A stretch of DNA of 63,818 bases, filler included, from Octopus bimaculoides (GCF_001194135.2; 7 parts of 6 records of this genome joined end to end with filler, not necessarily neighbours in it); one strand, 5' to 3'. Shown: positions 12,897 through 26,202, counted from the first letter of the whole stretch. Notes: a model not told the origin generated them from the letters alone. Made by a program: numbers and translations.

Positions 12897-12996
12897 NNNN
12901 NNNNNNNNNNNNNNNNNNNNNNNNNNNNNNNNNNNNNNNNTTAATTAATTAANNNNNNNNNNNNNNNNNNNNNNNNNNNNNNNNNNNNNNNNNNNN
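12897..12996. other. Assembly spacer: N run with central TTAATTAATTAA (also at 26103, 33498, 42541, 59825, 62035)
   Basis: The same 100-nt N-TTAATTAATTAA-N pattern occurs six times. The 12-mer gives stops in all six frames, so it is an artificial contig linker. Confidence 0.95.
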
Positions 12997-13430
12997 TGTG
13001 TGTGTGTGTGTATGTGTATCACACCACGCACACACTACAACTGACCAACTACTTTCTCCCTTTCTCCTTTCCCCCATTTTCACACTACATACGTCAAGAT
13101 CACCAGCAGTCTACCTCCCACACACAGCCCCTCGTTCCCGATCACCGTTTGTTATCTCCCCCTTTCTTAGCTCTCCTGAAATAAGAATTTCTAACTTCCG
13201 GTCAGCCATTGTTATGATCGGCCATTATTATGATTGACCGTTGACTGAACACTATTCAATTTTTTTTCTCCGTGTTTTTCTCCTTGTCTCCGTATTCTTT
13301 CTGTTGAAGAGCGTAGCTCGAAACGTCAAAGACTTTCCGTATTCCCGAGCGTCATACTAATATATACTTTTGTTATTTACACCACCTGTCCTCGTCTGGT
13401 GTTATTTTTTGTATATTCTCCCATATATAT
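12997..13430 (+). mobile_element. Penelope-like element 3' end / pseudo-LTR with hammerhead motif at 13296-13332
   Basis: TCTTT-CTGTTGA-A-GAGC gta GCTC-GAAAC-GTC-AAAGA. A homologous inverted copy lies at about 59100-59580. Confidence 0.65.
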
Positions 13431-14164
13431 GTGTATGTATGTAAGTATGTACGTATGTGTGTATTATGTATGTATGTATGTATGTATGTATGTGTGTAAG
13501 ATTTGCTAGGTTTGTGTTTTTCATTATTTCTACCTATTCAAAAGAAGATTGATGGGTAGCGGAGCAATTTTGAACACACTTTCGCGCAGTATAGTATATC
13601 ATTAAAATGAAGATGACCACGGCTTCGTAGACGACTGAACTAAGTTTGTATCACTGATCAAATTCAAACTGCAGGCATTCTTCCTGTGTCTCTGTAGTGG
13701 CAGTTTGAAGTGACGATTTTGGTCAGGTTCCGCCAAAATGAGGTCTTCTTATTATGGATACAGCTGTGGAAACTTTTATAGAACGTCTTTTATTTTCTCG
13801 TTATTTTTTACTTGTTTCAGTTATTAGACTGCGGCCATGCTGGGGTATCGCCTTGAGAGATTTTAGTTAAACAAATCGACCGCAGTACATTTTTCCTTTA
13901 AAGCCTGATACTTACTCTACTAATAAATAATGGACAGACTCAGTAAGTAGGGTCAGTCATCGGGCTATTTTTGGTGTTTTTTGAGTCATTTTGATCCCTG
14001 TGAGTTGAACTGTGATTTGAATTGTGAGGTAAATTGTTATATACTTGTTGAAAGTCTCCCGTAAGGGTGAACCTACTTGTTGAATATCATTGTTAAACTG
14101 TTGAATTGTTGTTGCTGTTTTTGTCTGTGAAATTACACTTGTTTTCTTCCCCATTCCTGTATAC

Positions 14165-14940
14165 TATAGAGGGGGACGTGAAGGTGTTGAAAGTGACGAG
14201 GATGAAAGAGGTAAACTGTTGGGGCTACGGCTTCGAAGTGGCCATCCAAGTCAGTTTACAAGACTTGCATAAGATAGCGGAAGATATAATACTACCAAAG
14301 GACGTGAAATTGAGAGTAGTGGTGGAAGGAAGATCTCCGGCCTGTTACCAGTGTGGTGTAAGGAGACAAATGAGAGCAAGGTGTCCCCAGAACGACGATA
14401 AAGGTGAAACAGAAAAACAGTAGCAGCGTGACAAACAGGAGAAAAATGCCGAAGTGACGAAGTGTCCAGAGAAGATGGAGGAGTAGTATACGGTGGTGAA
14501 TAGGAAGAACAAAGGAAAGAAAGTAAAGAAAGGAGAGTAAGCAAGAAGCACATTATGAGATACCAACAACATCAACGTAAACCAAAGCGGAAAAACAAGT
14601 GGGACTACAGAAACAAACAAATAAAGAAGAACCAAAATATAAATGACATACGGTAGCATATGCGAAAAGTACAGAGATGGAGAAGAAAATCACAAAAATG
14701 AAAACAGTAATAAGGGTGAAACTAACGACGGAATACTATCCGGAAAGCACCAAAACAACTGTTATGGACGACGAGAGATGTGAAAAACTACGAGAACTGT
14801 TCGGAACGAAGATAGACCCAACGGGGGTGCGCGTCGAGTTCGACGACTTGCTGCCAGTAGTAGTGTACGACGACCTGTTGCCGTACATAAAATGGTAAAA
14901 ATAAAAAATTTTAAAAAGTATGTAAATATTTAAAAATTTT
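14165..14940 (+). mobile_element. L1/Tx1-type ORF1 (gag-like) fragment ending in an A-rich tail, no ORF2
   Basis: LRVVVEGRSPACYQCGVRRQMRARCP (14325-14387) is a CX2CX4HX4C knuckle with H to Q. It is followed by YTVVNRKNKGKK, then aaaataaaaa right after the last stop (about 14898). Confidence 0.7.
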
Positions 14941-16546
14941 AAATGATTGTAAAAACAGATGCAAAAAGGGGGGGGGGAGAATGAAAAAGAGCTGATTTAC
15001 AAACGTTAAACGAAAAACATTTAAATGATACTGCCTGCGAGTGGAGAGCAGGCAAGCCATTTCATCCTCATTGTTATTATCCATCCTTCAGTCGTTTGTT
15101 CTGTGTTTCTTGTCCCCACTGTGGTGTTTTGTCTGTCTTTGTGCTGTCCCCTCTATGTTACGGCCTACGTGCCGAATAAAGGAAATACAATCAATGAGGT
15201 ACGCTGTTCGGGCCAGTCACACAGACGGTGAAGTACGTCGTCATAATGCGGGAAGTTCAATGTATAAGATAAGGCATATATAATAGCCATTACACATTTC
15301 CTTATGGTCGTAAATTTGACTTACATCTGTTTCCAGTAGTCATTATCACTTCATTATTGAGGGTTTACTCAATCGACCTATTGATTAGTTGAAAAAAATT
15401 GAACAACCTAGAGAATTAATTCTACTTTCGTCAGAGTTAATTCTGATTATAAATAAGTAGGACTCTGAAAGGGCGATACAGTCATGATGAGGGGAGGGAA
15501 GAGAGGCAATAAGTAAAAGTATTAGGTAAGTAGAAGAGAGATAAAGAGGAATGGGGAAAAGATGTGATGATATGAAAAAAGAGGACAAAAGGGGAGAGAA
15601 GGAAAGAAAGGAAGAGAGGAATGAATAGAAAGAATAGAGGAAAGGGGGAATGTGATGGAATAAAGGACAGAGGATGGCTGAAATTAAGGAAGGGGGAGTC
15701 ATAAAAGTATTAGTGTTTGCCGCTCTTACTGTGTTCCCCTGATATACCTGATGTAACGCTTCAGATAATCTCCCTATTCGGTTGCGCTTCAACGGTGTAC
15801 GGGGCATTTTGTTGACCAACGTTTTGAAGCTGATGAATTCTTTGAATCAAGACTCGGCGATTCCTACAGTAAAGTGTAAGTTGGCAAGACGTTCTGAGAA
15901 ATGAAGAATGTATTATCGATTGATAAATGGAAAATAAATGGAAAAAAAAGTATAAAATTATCTAACCAATTACAAGAAATGTGTTCAACGTGCCGCGCTG
16001 AATGAGTGAACCGGAAACCACGTGATAGCAAAGCGGGCTTCTCAACCACACGCCCATGCTTACAATCGCAATCTCCAACACCACCACACACGCACACACA
16101 CACACACACACAGACACACATACATACTCACACTTGTATTACGCACATACATATGCATGTATGTATGTAAGATTGCGTAGATATGCATATTAAATAAAAC
16201 AGAGAAAAAATTATATAAACTCCATAAATACACACACACATACATTCATTCATTCATTCATACATACATACATAAATACATACATACATACACATACTTA
16301 GAAATATTAATAGAAACACATTTCTTGTTTCAACAAATTGTTCCATCTATAAGTAGACACTAACAATCATACTTACGGAAGTAAAACAATAGCCATGTAG
16401 TCTTGATTGAAGCACAAAACAGAACTAGCGTCTATGTATGCGACGCTAAACAATAGAATGTTCTTCATAACTCACGGTTTTTCGGTGAAAACACCTGGTG
16501 AAACACGTGACAGATAAACGTCTAATAGTAGCGTGTCAAGTGTTCT

Positions 16547-16617
<71 letters not shown>

Positions 16618-16632
16618 GATATATATGTATAT

Positions 16633-16962
16633 AGGAGTGGCTGTGGTGTAAGAAGCTTGCTTCCCAACCACTTGGTTCCGGGTTCAGTCCCACTTTGTGG
16701 CACTTTTAGCAAGTGTCTTCTACTATAGCCTCGGGCCGACCAAAGCCTTGGTAGACGGGAACTGAAAGGAGCCTTTCGTGTATGTATAGACAACCGATGT
16801 TGGTGTGTTTACGTCCCCGTAACTTAGCGGGTCGGCATAACAAACCGATAGAATAAGTACTAGCCTTACAAAGAATAAGTACTGCGGTCGATTTGTTCGA
16901 CTAGATGCGGTGCTCCAGCATAACCGCAGTCAAATGACTGAAATAAGTAAAAGAGTAAAAAG
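16633..16962 (+). mobile_element. SINE family A copy
   Basis: Same head, core and tail as 11116-11552. Confidence 0.85.
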
Positions 16963-17949
16963 TATGTGAGCATTGTCCATCTTTCTTTTTCTCACGTGAT
17001 CATCTTTTCTTTTCCTTCAGTCGGTCGCACAGACCATACACATTCTTATCTGTCTCCTTTCTTTTTTATTCTCTTGTCAAAGAATATTCCTCCAGTGTTC
17101 GTCTGGCCTAACGGCCCTCCATGTTTGTTTTCGTTTGGTTTGCTGTATGTCTCCACTGTCCTCTTTTTTTTGTTACCAACTTTGACCTACCGCAAATCCC
17201 AAATTTTAGTTTTGTCCGCGGGAGCAACTGTTTTTCGAAGCCTCATATTGTCGTGAATTGCTAGAAATATGGAGTAGATGAACAGCCAACAACTGATGAA
17301 GGGTCGTTCATTATGTTACTTGTCTTGTTTTCCTTTTGTTTCTCTCGTTGTTCGCATACCCAAGTTTGCCTTCGTATTTCATATTGTTTTCGTATTTCAT
17401 GTTGATTACGTTTTGTGACGTCCTGTACCCATATATGCGTATATATATAGATATATATGTAAGTAAGTACATGCATGCATGTATGTATATATGCATATAT
17501 ATTTATTTATATTATATATATATATATATATATATATGGATGTATGTATATGTATGTATGCATGCATGCATGCATGCATGCATGCATGTATGTATGTATG
17601 TATGTATGTATGTATGCATGTAGGTAGGTATGTACGTATGTACGTATGTACGTATGTATATGTAATAATATAAATCGAGAAAGTTAGAATGCTAAATACA
17701 TGATAAAGAGTTTATAATCATTAGATGTCAGTATTTCACGGTATGTGCATGCATTGAAACCATGCAACGTCGAGATATTAGTACCAGAGTTAGAGTTGTA
17801 CGAATGCCAGAAAGAATTCTAAACGTCGATATCACTGGTGCTGCTGTGTTCAGATAAGGTGTGTCGATGTAGATGTCTTGGATATAGAATGAAAGTCAGT
17901 GGAATGATTATTGGCGATTGGAGATAAAATCCTATTCATCACATTGAAA

Positions 17950-18830
17950 GTTTACTTTTCCACAAAGATAAGCGTATAAATGAAACTAACCAAATTTTCA
18001 CTTGCCACAGAACTACAGAACTACACGCTCACCTCTAGTCTTGAAAGTCTACAAATCTATGCCCTAGCAAAGCAGATCAACGTTACTGCAAATCTTTGCC
18101 CTTACAAAATGTTTAGAAGATGAGAGTGGTGAGCAGATGAAGACAGAGAAAGCAAAGTAATAAGAAATCTTTCTTACTGATGGCCAGGTGAGAAAAATGA
18201 TTAGTGTAGGGCATAGGTTCTATGTAGTTGTAAAGACGACTGTTTGGAGTACATTTACAGTATATAATCCACTGTTGGACAGCAGAAATGGTGTATTAAG
18301 CAGTCGTTGAGAGATCTGTGTCTCACTGAGATGTATTAGATTTGCCTTCAGTGTTAGTAGGAATCGTGGGGCAAGGTCAATAACAAAAGATGTAGGAAGT
18401 GTTAAAAATTATACTTATAAACAGATCGAGCTTTTTGGAGAAGGAAACAGTAAAACAAGGCTGATGGTTTGCACTTGACCGCTGTGTATATCTTTGTAGG
18501 AAGTTAGTGCCGGAAGAGAGGGTTTTCTAAGTCCAGTGTTACGGAAGAGGTACACCAGCTTTGAATATGAGGAAACAGTGAACTGCTGAGTTATACAGAT
18601 GTTTCAGTTCCTTAGATTCCTCTTCAGACATCATCCATGAAATCTGAACACTGTTCGATCTGGTAGTGTATCTTCACTGAGAAACCTTTCCCATCACAGA
18701 CAAAGGAGGTTGAAGAGAGATTGCAGTACTACAAAAATATTTGCTTTTTAAAAACTTAGTTTTGGCAAAAGCTTCCGTGAACCAGAAGCAAATCTTAAAC
18801 CAGAAAACGTATTAGGTCTACTCTTCCATA
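17950..18830 (-). mobile_element. Highly decayed CR1-clade LINE reverse transcriptase remnant
   Basis: Across frameshifts the minus strand gives motifs in RT order: SGLRFASGSRKLL (cf. QYGFR..RST.DLL), KAGVP (cf. GVPQGS), TISAVQQW (cf. SAWG.QW) and NHFSHLAISKK (cf. HISSLAKSASK). Confidence 0.45.
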
Positions 18831-21800
18831 AATTAAATGCAGATTATATGAAATTACTTGATTTGTAAGAACTTGCAATCAATTCTTCCTCAAATCACAT
18901 TCAACTATCTTAAATAGTGGTTCATTGAACAATACGGTTCCTGATATACAAAATTACCGGTGGTTACGGTTGGAAAAAAACATTTCTTATAAGTTTGATT
19001 TGATCTATCAGGTTTAATCTGGATCTAAACAACCTCGAGGATATGAGACTTAGCCTTAAATGAGTTTAAAACCCTGCAATACTAGCTGGTGAATCTCGTA
19101 TTTTAGTGATCATCGCTTTTCCTGAAATAACCATTTATGCATGTGTGTAATATATTATTTGTGATATTAGCAAAAGAGTAAACTAAGCAAAACATAAAAC
19201 AAGAAAGAAAGATTTTTTTAAATGGGTCAGTATTAGAAAACAAAAGAAAAATTTCAAAAATTTGAACAAATATATTCCAGTAACAAAATATAGCAGCAAA
19301 AATATTTGAAACGGAAAGAGGAAGAAGAACTTGGGGGATTGAGATAGTAATATACAAATTATGCTAAGTATAAAGTGATATTATGGAATGAGAGCTGAGA
19401 TAGATTCCAACAAATTTACAAGTAGTTGTTGTTTTTAAACACAGGCTGCACTGATTGAGAAGGCCTATGATCAAAGGAATTTCATATCATGTTTCAACAT
19501 AGCATATCTAGGACTACAATATTCAATGTTCTCTCTTCTTTTTTTTTAATGATGAGAGACTGTTATTTCAGGGAGATTTAGATGTTATTTCTAGACGCGC
19601 TGCTTTCACTTGCCCTGAAGTGGAAATTTATGTAAAGGTAAAATACAATGTTTGCAATGTTACCAAGAAATATTTGAAGAACCTCCAAAAGAAAAATCTT
19701 ATGGTGCCAAAAGTACCATAAGAGTGCCATAGTAATTAAATACTATACTGATGCATAGGTAACTATGTATGTATGTATGTATGTATGTATGTATACATGC
19801 ATGATGGTATGTAAGTATGTATGTATGTTTGCATGTACGTGTATGTGTGTATATATATGCATGTGTGTGTGTTTGTGCGTGTGTGTGCGTGCATGCGTGC
19901 GTGCGTGTCTGTATGGACGGATGGGTGTATGTGCATAAACGCGTTTAATATAATCTTTGGTAAACGTACAAAAAAAAACCACATTAACTTGGTAGACTCA
20001 TTAGAGCAGAAGGCTTTGTGTTGTTTGTGCCGTCTCTATATGTTCAGAGTTCAAATCCCGTCGAGAACGATTTTACTTTTCATTCTTCCGGGGCGGAGAA
20101 ATTAAAGTGCCTATGAAATATTTGAGTCAATTTAATCGACTAACACTGCCCCGTAAATTTCTGGCTTAATGCCAATGTAAAATGGTGAATAGATTATAAT
20201 CTAACCAATAACTACTTACATTTGGAGTTGAAATCATTCCAAGGTCAACTATGCTAACATGCAGAACTTCCCATTGGGCTTGTGAATGTTAGAATCGGTA
20301 CACCTAGGGGGAAAGCGTTTTGCGATAAATAATCGTACGCCTCATTTAACTTTTGATTCAAATTCCATCGAGTTTCATTTTGCTTTCTTTCATCTTGAGT
20401 CTCTATAAAATAAGTAAGTTAAATACTGAGGCTGGCGTAGTCGACTACATAACTCCTCTTAAACATATGCCTTGTGCTGATATGTATGTATGTATGTATG
20501 TATGTACGTGTGTGTAACTACTGAATGTAAACCGTCCTGCGCTGTAGAGAACATCGGTTTGTCCACGACCGCTATGTTTTCTGGTTTCCGTAAACATTCT
20601 TTGTAATTTGTGACATTACATAAGAAAACGATGCTAGGCTCTTAGCTTCATCCTTCTATTTTTAAAGCAAGAGGAACACTGTCAGTGCACCTCGATGACT
20701 CTCTGAAAGAGTAGCGGTCATTCTTGGGAGAGTAAGAGATAATGGGGAAATCAAATACTTGACAAGTACTCTATTCATCAAATTCGGAGGGACGAAAGAC
20801 AAAGTTGACCTCGACTTAATTTGAACTCAGGACGCAAATAACCAAAGCAGCTACTGCAAGGCATTTCTCCACCTTTCTAACTATTTTGCTGATCAACACC
20901 CACCGTGTTTATGTTGGAAACGTATTTTAAGTTACGTATCTCTTAATTCATTACCGGGTTCGATATTGTCATTCAGCCTTCCAAACTTGATCCGGTAAGT
21001 GAAATACTCTTTATGATTTTATCAACGATACAAACCCATCCCCAAATTTCTAACCTTCATTCAATGCTAAAAGCCAGCTTACATTTCATTTAATCTATTT
21101 TTTATTACAGCGTGGAAGATACATTTAGCCTTTCAAGAACGCACAAAGACTGTTAGCTTCACTTTAACATTTATTATTTGGTCAAAATTTTCAACCGCAC
21201 CAACTACCAGTAACTGTGTTTTTGCGTGGCTAATATGTGTCTTTAACACCGTAATTGTTTAAGCTTTAACACACGATCACAGGTCATATCACCTGCTTGG
21301 CAAGTACACCTCAAAAATATTTTTTATTTTAATCTATAGAAGCACTTGTTATTCCAGTAATAATGTTGTTACTAAGTAAATAAGCGATCAAAAGTAGTTT
21401 GGTCTCGATCATTAACTTTGTTTAGGATATATTTGCATCTAGGAAAAGACGAATTGGTATGATTTCTGGGAAAACATGGATACTAGTTCGATTCACTCAA
21501 GATAAAGGCTCTATCACAAAGAGGCTTCTGCAATAAACACATATGTCTGCTACAATGTTCTTTTGCAATCGAATCGTGTTGTTACGCCTTATAAATGTTA
21601 TTTAAATTAGAGATATTTAACTTCATGATACATACAAATTGCGATACTTAATGCTTTTGAATGAATATTTTCATGGCGACTTAAATCTGATACACCAAGT
21701 TTTACTTGGTGTATCAGTTAATGCTGTTGTGATGCAATACGTATATATGATATGATGTGACTTACACAGACACACACATACACACATATACACATACATA

Positions 21801-22020
21801 CAAGCATACATACACACAAACCTACATATACACACACACAACTCAAATTTATATGTATATATAATTTTAATTTTTTTATTTTATTTATTCCTATTCTGGT
21901 ATTAGACATTCCTATGAAGTCAGGCCAAGCTGTGGCATCGACCTCTCGGTTATAGTTTCTTACATCGAGCCCGATACTTACTACATATTTTGACGACTGA
22001 TGCTAATTTTATTGCTGTTG

Positions 22021-22021
22021 C

Positions 22022-22073
<52 letters not shown>

Positions 22074-22127
22074 GTTGTTGTTGTTGTTGTTGTTGTTGTT
22101 CTTCTTCTTCTTCTTCTTCTTCTTCTT

Positions 22128-22217
<90 letters not shown>

Positions 22218-22218
22218 G
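22021..22218. repeat. Compound trinucleotide array (TTA)n(TTG)n(TTC)n(TTA)n
   Basis: Read directly; the phase is preserved across unit switches. Confidence 0.95.
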
Positions 22219-22222
22219 TTAA

Positions 22223-22410
22223 GGCGGCGAGCTAACAGAATCGTTAGCACGCCGGACGAAATGCTTAGCGGTTTTTCGTCTGCTGCTACGTTCTGAGTTT
22301 AAATTCCGCCGAGGTCCATTCAGGGTCAATAAATTAACTACCTGTTACGCACTGGGGTCGATATAATCGACTAGTCCCCTCCCCATAAATTTAAGGCCTT
22401 GTGCTACCAG
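22223..22410 (+). mobile_element. SINE family B copy ending in (TTA)n
   Basis: Head ggcggcgagctaacagaatcgttagcacgccggacgaaatgcttagcgg; tail gtgctaccagaagaaaggattattatt. Confidence 0.85.
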
Positions 22411-22418
22411 AAGAAAGG

Positions 22419-22475
<57 letters not shown>

Positions 22476-22519
22476 GTTGTTGTTGTTGTTGTTGTTGCTG
22501 TTTCTTCTTCTTCTCGATT

Positions 22520-22880
22520 AAGAGAGCAGTGCACGACATAGTGCCTCAATATCGAGATAAACAGGTGGGGTCCAGTTAGAATTTTCTTCAGGTCGAGTAA
22601 CGCATTTGCTCAAAAGGTCCTTGAATAAGAGTTGTTTAAGGATGATGAACGAAACACCCATCTTTCAAATCTCAAAGAAGCTTTCTCGACACATGGCTAT
22701 GATGTTCCCCCACTACTTCTACTCGTGATCAGAGAACCGCATATCGTCAGACACTAAGGGACATGCTCAACTGCTTAAGATCAAGTAACTGACACAGCAA
22801 ATCCTTGGCACTGAGCTAAATTTTTGCTACAGCTTATCTTTACACCACGACAAACCATGTGCACATTAACATAACAGGTA
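22520..22880 (-). mobile_element. Internally deleted copy of the unclassified (TAA)n-associated element
   Basis: Shares ttcttcaggtcgagta...gctcaaaaggtcc...aaggatgatgaacgaaacacccat...catatcgtcag...aagggacatgctcaactg with 27038-27595. Confidence 0.75.
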
Positions 22881-23140
22881 GCGTTGCTACCTGTTATCTT
22901 GTTTTTCGTATTGAGCTCTGTTGCCAGTATTAATCTGACTCGTCTATAGTATTCCTTTTTTATCTTCTCTTTCATTTGTGTGTGTTGTGTCGTATCTAGT
23001 TCATTGATTCCTAAGTATTTGTATGTCTGGCTTTGGTCTAATTCTCTTATTTCTTTTGCTTTATCTAGTGTGATGTTGCTACTACTCTTAACTAGTTTTC
23101 CTCTTTCCAAGGTTGCTTTGGCACATTTGTCTAAGCCAAA
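22880..23140 (-). mobile_element. Dong/R4 LINE RT C-terminal fragment
   Basis: FGLDKCAKATLERGKLVKSS...ELDQSQTYKYLGINE...KEKIKKEYYRRVRLILATELNTKNKIT is a typical R4/Dong RT domain 6-7 and thumb region. It abuts (TAA)n at 23141-23224. Confidence 0.88.
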
Positions 23141-23225
<85 letters not shown>

Positions 23226-23263
23226 ATTGAATGAGAGTAGCGCATGCCATCAAAGTGACACTG

Positions 23264-23737
23264 CACACGGGATCAGATCCATCTTTAAGGACGTTTGCAT
23301 GGTAGTTTCTGGCAGGTAAGCTCTGATCTTGCGCTGCAATAATAAAACTTTCTGTTTCCCTTTCAGACCTGTCCTTTGTAGCAATTCGTGTGTTAGATTA
23401 TGATCAATACCTGGCTTGGACAGGTGGTTAAGGTATTTTCCATGCAGTAAAATACCTTAACCAGTTGTCTTCGATATTATAATATCTTTCCAGTTGTCTT
23501 CGATATAATTTATGCAAGCCTTCTTTGCATTTTGTTTCATGATTTTTGCATCTATATGTTTGTCACTATTCGAAACTTTTTGGTTTTTCTGGTTGTTAAT
23601 TTCTAAATCAGGAGAAATAATGGTAGGTCTGTCAGTATTTGGGTATCTTTGGTCATTCTTATTGTCAGCCTGTATGCCAAGAGACTTTTTAAATTTCTGA
23701 CTTAGCTTCATGACCTGAAGCTTGCTTGGAATCTTCC
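23264..23737 (-). mobile_element. Dong/R4 LINE post-RT fragment embedded inside a (TAA)n-associated element
   Basis: Across frameshifts: KQNAKKACINYIEDNWK...LHGKY...GLKG/ETESFIIAAQDQSLPARNYHANVLKDGSDPVC (R4/Dong hallmark ETEGFIIAAQDQ). Flanked by element sequence at 23229-23263 and 23738-24085. Confidence 0.85.
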
Positions 23738-24095
23738 CCCGTCTGATAAGTGTACGCCAGGCACATGCATCACGAAAATATGTGCGCGACGTGGTGATTG
23801 CATATCAAGATAAACAGTGCATGACCTTGCAGGTGGAACCCAGATAGGATGTTTTTCATGTTGAGTAGCCCATCCTGCTCAAAAGGTTCCTGAATAAAGT
23901 TTGTTTAAGGATGATGAACGAAACTCCCATGTTATCAGATATGAATTATTCAAACCCCAACGAATTCCTCACAACACATAGCTATGATGCCCCCCCCCCC
24001 ACTACTCTGCTCGTGATCGGAGGTGCACATATCGTCAGCCACTAAGGGAATATTCTGGACTGGTTAAGGCCAAACAGCTGAAAGCAAAGCTATGA

Positions 24096-24156
<61 letters not shown>

Positions 24157-24158
24157 TC

Positions 24159-24202
<44 letters not shown>

Positions 24203-24977
24203 AAGTTTTTGTTGTGTAACTTGCATTTGAATTTGCTTGAGATTTAAAGTCAGAAGTGAAGGAACATAACCGTATACCATAAGATATTCTGTTCGATGCT
24301 CTATCCGTTTCAGCCGTTTTCTCTGCATTATAATAACTGTTATCTAAACTGAAGAAACGGCTGTCTCTAATTCCTACATTAAGTAGATGTGTGTGAGAGA
24401 GAGAGGGGGGAAAGAGAGGGAAAGAGAGAGAACATGGAATTGAACTTAGTTAATGCTTCCATAAAAGTCTATGACCTACTCTTTTACTAGGCAACGCGAT
24501 GGGAATAGCATTGTCCTATATTCTGAAACGTAACGATACGCCTGCCGCGCGATAGGAATATGCCACCCACGAGCCCTATATCATATCTACTCGGCCATTT
24601 GGACTTTATGATATCACATAAATCTAGACAATTACGAATACTTACACATCACAGATTTAAACAAGACGAGGAGGAAACTCAGTATTTTAAACGTCGTGAC
24701 GATTAGTGACTCAAAGATATAAAATAACCATATCAAATGATTGATAATTTGATATCGGTGTTATCTCGAAAGCCTAAGGCAAGGAAGTAGCTAAAACAAT
24801 TTATTATAAACGTAGGTCTTTGCTGGATTGCAATAACCTTCTCATTACCCAAGTCTCGGTGCACTTGACGTCTAAGTGTTTTGATAACGTGCTTCGGCTT
24901 AAACTGCTGTGAATGAAAACAGTTTAGTTATTTAGCGGACTCCATTGAACTCTGAAGTGCGAAGTCAGAAGATAGCC

Positions 24978-25020
<43 letters not shown>

Positions 25021-25264
25021 TTATACACAAACACGTAACACACACGTATGTATATATATAAATATATGTATATATATAAATAAATAAGCATATATATACA
25101 TATATATATATACACACTACACAGACATATGTACCTATATATATATATCCATGTTCATATATATCTGTGGTGTCTGCAATTGTGTGTATGTTTGTGTGCG
25201 CGTCTGTGTACATATGTACACACAAATACATATACGTATGTATACATACGTACANNNNNNNNNN

Positions 25265-25302
<38 letters not shown>

Positions 25303-25455
25303 GCACACACATATGTACGTACGTATGTGTGTATATATGTAACATATAGATAAACATATACATATATATTATAGGTATATATAAAACACAAAACACATAA
25401 TTGTATATTTACTCGCGCATATATACATACGAACCACATATGTGAGTCTGTCTGA

Positions 25456-25495
<40 letters not shown>

Positions 25496-25942
25496 ACCTG
25501 TGTGCATGTGTGAGTGTGTGCTCGCGTGTGAGTGTGTGCTCGCGTGTGCGTGTGTGTATGTGTGTGTGTGCGTGCGTGTATGTTTGTATAAGTTTGTCCG
25601 TTTATGTATGCATGTGTGTTTAGGCGTGGATTTTCTGTTTTTTTATTTGTCTTTCTCGAAATGTTGGCATGGTGTTTTCTTAATAGTCAACTACGAAGAC
25701 AGAAGAGTCTATTGCAGAAATCTGTTCCAATTTCTCGCTTGAAATGTTCCACTTCTTCCATTGTAAGTGATTCATTAGAGTTCGACCTCAGTTGAACATC
25801 TAACGAAGGTATCTGATGGCATAGACTTCTGGGGCCAGCCATATTAAAAGCTATTAGTGATAGTCATTAGCAACGATACATAGACGTTTTATTTTATGAG
25901 ATGCCGTTGTTTGCTTTATTTCTTTTGGTGTGTCTACATGTA

Positions 25943-25980
<38 letters not shown>

Positions 25981-26202
25981 GCGTGTGTGTGTATGTATGT
26001 ATATATGTGTGTGTGTTGTTTGTGTGCGTGTATATATATATGTATGTATGTATATATACATATGTGTGTATGTATGTATGTATGTATGTATGCATGTATG
26101 CANNNNNNNNNNNNNNNNNNNNNNNNNNNNNNNNNNNNNNNNNNNNTTAATTAATTAANNNNNNNNNNNNNNNNNNNNNNNNNNNNNNNNNNNNNNNNNN
26201 NN

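Noticed and set aside
12941-12952. Recurrent TTAATTAATTAA motif (six times) that looks like a conserved element
   Set aside because: It is always centred in a 100-nt N spacer, so it is an artificial linker.
15385-15850. 144-aa minus-strand ORF, possibly a LINE 3' end
   Set aside because: It is mostly purine/pyrimidine low-complexity sequence, and no diagnostic motif could be confirmed.
17285-17310. Canonical CTGATGA core (aactgatgaagggtcg)
   Set aside because: No downstream GAAAC, stem II or cleavage triplet, so no hammerhead fold can be built.
18500-18589. Candidate terminal exon EVSAGREGFLSPVLRKRYTSFEYEETVNC* after tctttgtag
   Set aside because: No recognisable homology, and the opposite strand is better explained as a decayed CR1 RT.
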